This document shows, in pieces, positions 61,720-64,000 of a stretch of 64,000 nucleotides of DNA. The DNA is from Azolla caroliniana. Lineage: Eukaryota > Plantae > Polypodiophyta. A program made the position numbers and the translations under genes. The stretch is taken from assembly GCA_043228905.1 (NCBI GenBank), contig JBHGNT010000015.1, forward strand, positions 15,686,001 to 15,750,000, in the 5' to 3' direction. Position 1 is the stretch's first letter; the number at the start of each line of letters is the position of its first letter. The notes beneath the pieces were generated by a model, which was not told where the DNA came from, made no database searches, and saw nothing but the letters and a program-made list of their open reading frames with translations.

Positions 61720-64000
61720 CTAGTTCTTCAATTCGATATTGTTTTCCAGGAAGCTAGTTTGCGTTGTATGTATAATGTCCCCAAGTGCCATTTTCAATCT
61801 CTTACTTGCGACTTTGGCCATTATCTTATAAGCATTAGTGAGAATCATCAATGGTCGCCAATTATCAAGCATTGTTAGGTTTTTACCAACCTTGGGTATT
61901 AAATAAATAATGCCTCTACACATTGTTATGGGCATTAATCCTTCTACCATAATGTATTGCATCCCTGCCAACATGTCATCCTTAATTAGATCCCAATATT
62001 TGATGTAAAAAGTATATAGGAAGTCCATCAATTCCTGCACATATTTGTTTGTTCCTATCCCCAATAGCGCCCTAGAATTCATGCATACCTATAGGGGTAT
62101 TTAGTTAGTCCATCATCTTAGTTGTAACTTTCCTTGGTATCCTATTTATTATATTTCTAAAGGCAACCTGATCAACTTCATTGCATACCTTTAGTAGTTG
62201 AGTATAATAGCTTGTGGCTATTTCAAGCATTTCCTATTTGCATGTGGTCGTTGTGCCATCTATCTTTTTTAAGCATGAAGGTTGAATATTGGATCCTTTG
62301 CATTTAACAGATTCAAAAAATCCTTTAGTAACCTGATCTCCTACCCTCATCCAGTTGGTTGCCTTACTTCGATAGGCATAGGTACTCCTAAGTTTTTGGT
62401 ACATCTCTAATTTGCTTTTGGCCTCCTCTAGTTGAGCCTCAATCCATACATTATGTGGGTATACTTCTCTTAGTCGTTGCATAGAAGAGAGGGACCATTG
62501 CATTCTCTGCATTTTCTCCCTTATCTCTTTTCTAATTTCAATCGCTTTTTGTTGAAAAAACCCTACACATGCCTCAAGTTTCCCAGCCAACCTATGAGCA
62601 GGGTCAAGATACCTCCGTTTGATATTAGACCATATTTTCCATATATCATCGATCTGTTTAGTATCCATGACCAATTCTTTGCATACCTTCACATTATGTG
62701 GCTTGCATCGATTGTTTTCTTGTATGTGCAACAGAATTGGGGCATGATCAGAGAACATTGTACTCAGACAAATAATGCATCTGCCTTTCCTATCCATGAG
62801 TCGAGGGTCCAAATACCATCTGTCCAGCCTGGACATCGTCCTCCCATGCATGCTTCCTCCTCCTCTAGAGTATCGAAGAGATTTTTCTATCACATTATAT
62901 GCTAAACAAATCTTATCCCATGCATCCTTCTCTGCCCCCTGCACCGTGCCATTTGCATTGCCTCTTCTATCTTCTGGATGCTCCATCATATTAAAGTCTC
63001 CTCCAATGATCCACAACTCAACATATGGTTTCTTAGCCACTAATTGCAACCAGAATTCTTGTCTTTCAACAACTGAATTTGGGGCATATATGTTTAGTAT
63101 GCCCAAGTGCCCACAACTATGTTTTATCCTTATGTAGACAGCACGACCCTCTATTAAACTCCCCCTGCCTATACAGTCAGCAGTAAACTTAGCTTTCATA
63201 GCTATAAGTACTCCCCCATGAATCTACTTATCCCCCATAGTTGCTGACCATGTAGTGGTTCAATTCCTAGGGCAAATGCTTCCAATTTTATCGATCTTAT
63301 CCCCATTTAGATGGTGCTCCTGCACCAAGATAATATCACGCACCACTGCCTCGGTGCAACGCCGAATTTCAGTAGCCAATACATCCTTTTTCATCTGGAA
63401 TTGGGTGCCACCAATTCCTTGTATATTCCAAGTCAGCAAGCTAAGATTCATATAACGTGCACCTTCTGAGGCCCTACCAATGCATTTTCTGCTTCCAATA
63501 TGGTAGCTAATATCCTATCTTGGAGATTTTCCTCTTCCAATTGTGTCAGCATTTCAGGGTTGTATACCATGAATTCCGTGATCAGTTTAGGAAGCTTCCT
63601 AAATTTCACATTTATGTAGCATATGCCTTGTTCATTCGCCTTGCCCGAACTCCAGATCAAGGCATCTTTCCATTGTCTTTTCATTTTCACCCCTATTGCG
63701 GTACCATATGATGAGTCCACATGAACATCCATTTGTTGTTCCAAACATCCAAGTGCTTCTTCTCTAGTGTGTGGTTCCTTATTTCCCAAGGCCAGAATAT
63801 AGGACAGACTAGCGATCCGTCCTTCATCAATACATTTACCATATATATTGACTCTACACATGTTGTCCTTATTCATCTCACTTCCACATATTTCCTTGAA
63901 CCACTTTTTGCCTGTCAGTTTTAGTTTGATCTATTGTCCAATATTTGAGAGGGGGGTCGCCTTGTATTGAAGGTTCCAGTTCACTCTTGGCCATTTACGC
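61720..64000 (-). mobile_element. L1-type LINE (ORF1 C-terminus plus ORF2 APE and start of RT), 3'-truncated, runs off the window
   Basis: MNLSLLTWNIQG (63451), ILVQEHH, NIYAPN, GGDFN, SRLDRW, SDHAP, NWRPL. Confidence 0.88.

Overview
Eukaryotic nuclear DNA from a land plant; the TE complement and long TE-filled introns look fern-like, which is inference only. One host gene is present: the mitochondrial MICOS subunit MIC60/mitofilin on the minus strand (20594->5421). It has 11 well-supported exons plus a candidate 12-nt micro-exon, encodes about 733-737 aa, has only phase-0 introns, and one intron is GC-AG. The rest is mostly nested retroelements: Ty1/copia (one full-length copy with TSD), Ty3/gypsy chromoviruses, L1-type LINEs, two RTE-X-like LINE families and solo LTRs, plus micro/minisatellites and a ~146-bp palindrome-bearing tandem array. 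The most notable signals are: (1) antisense tRNA-like Pol III promoter cassettes at the start of U3 in three unrelated LTR families; (2) a chromovirus with a Tf1-type self-priming signature instead of a tRNA PBS; (3) an RTE-X-like LINE whose copies abut (GA)n/(TC)n microsatellites; (4) inverted LINE fragments flanking in-frame MIC60 exons. All coordinates were read by eye, and boundaries of degraded elements are approximate.
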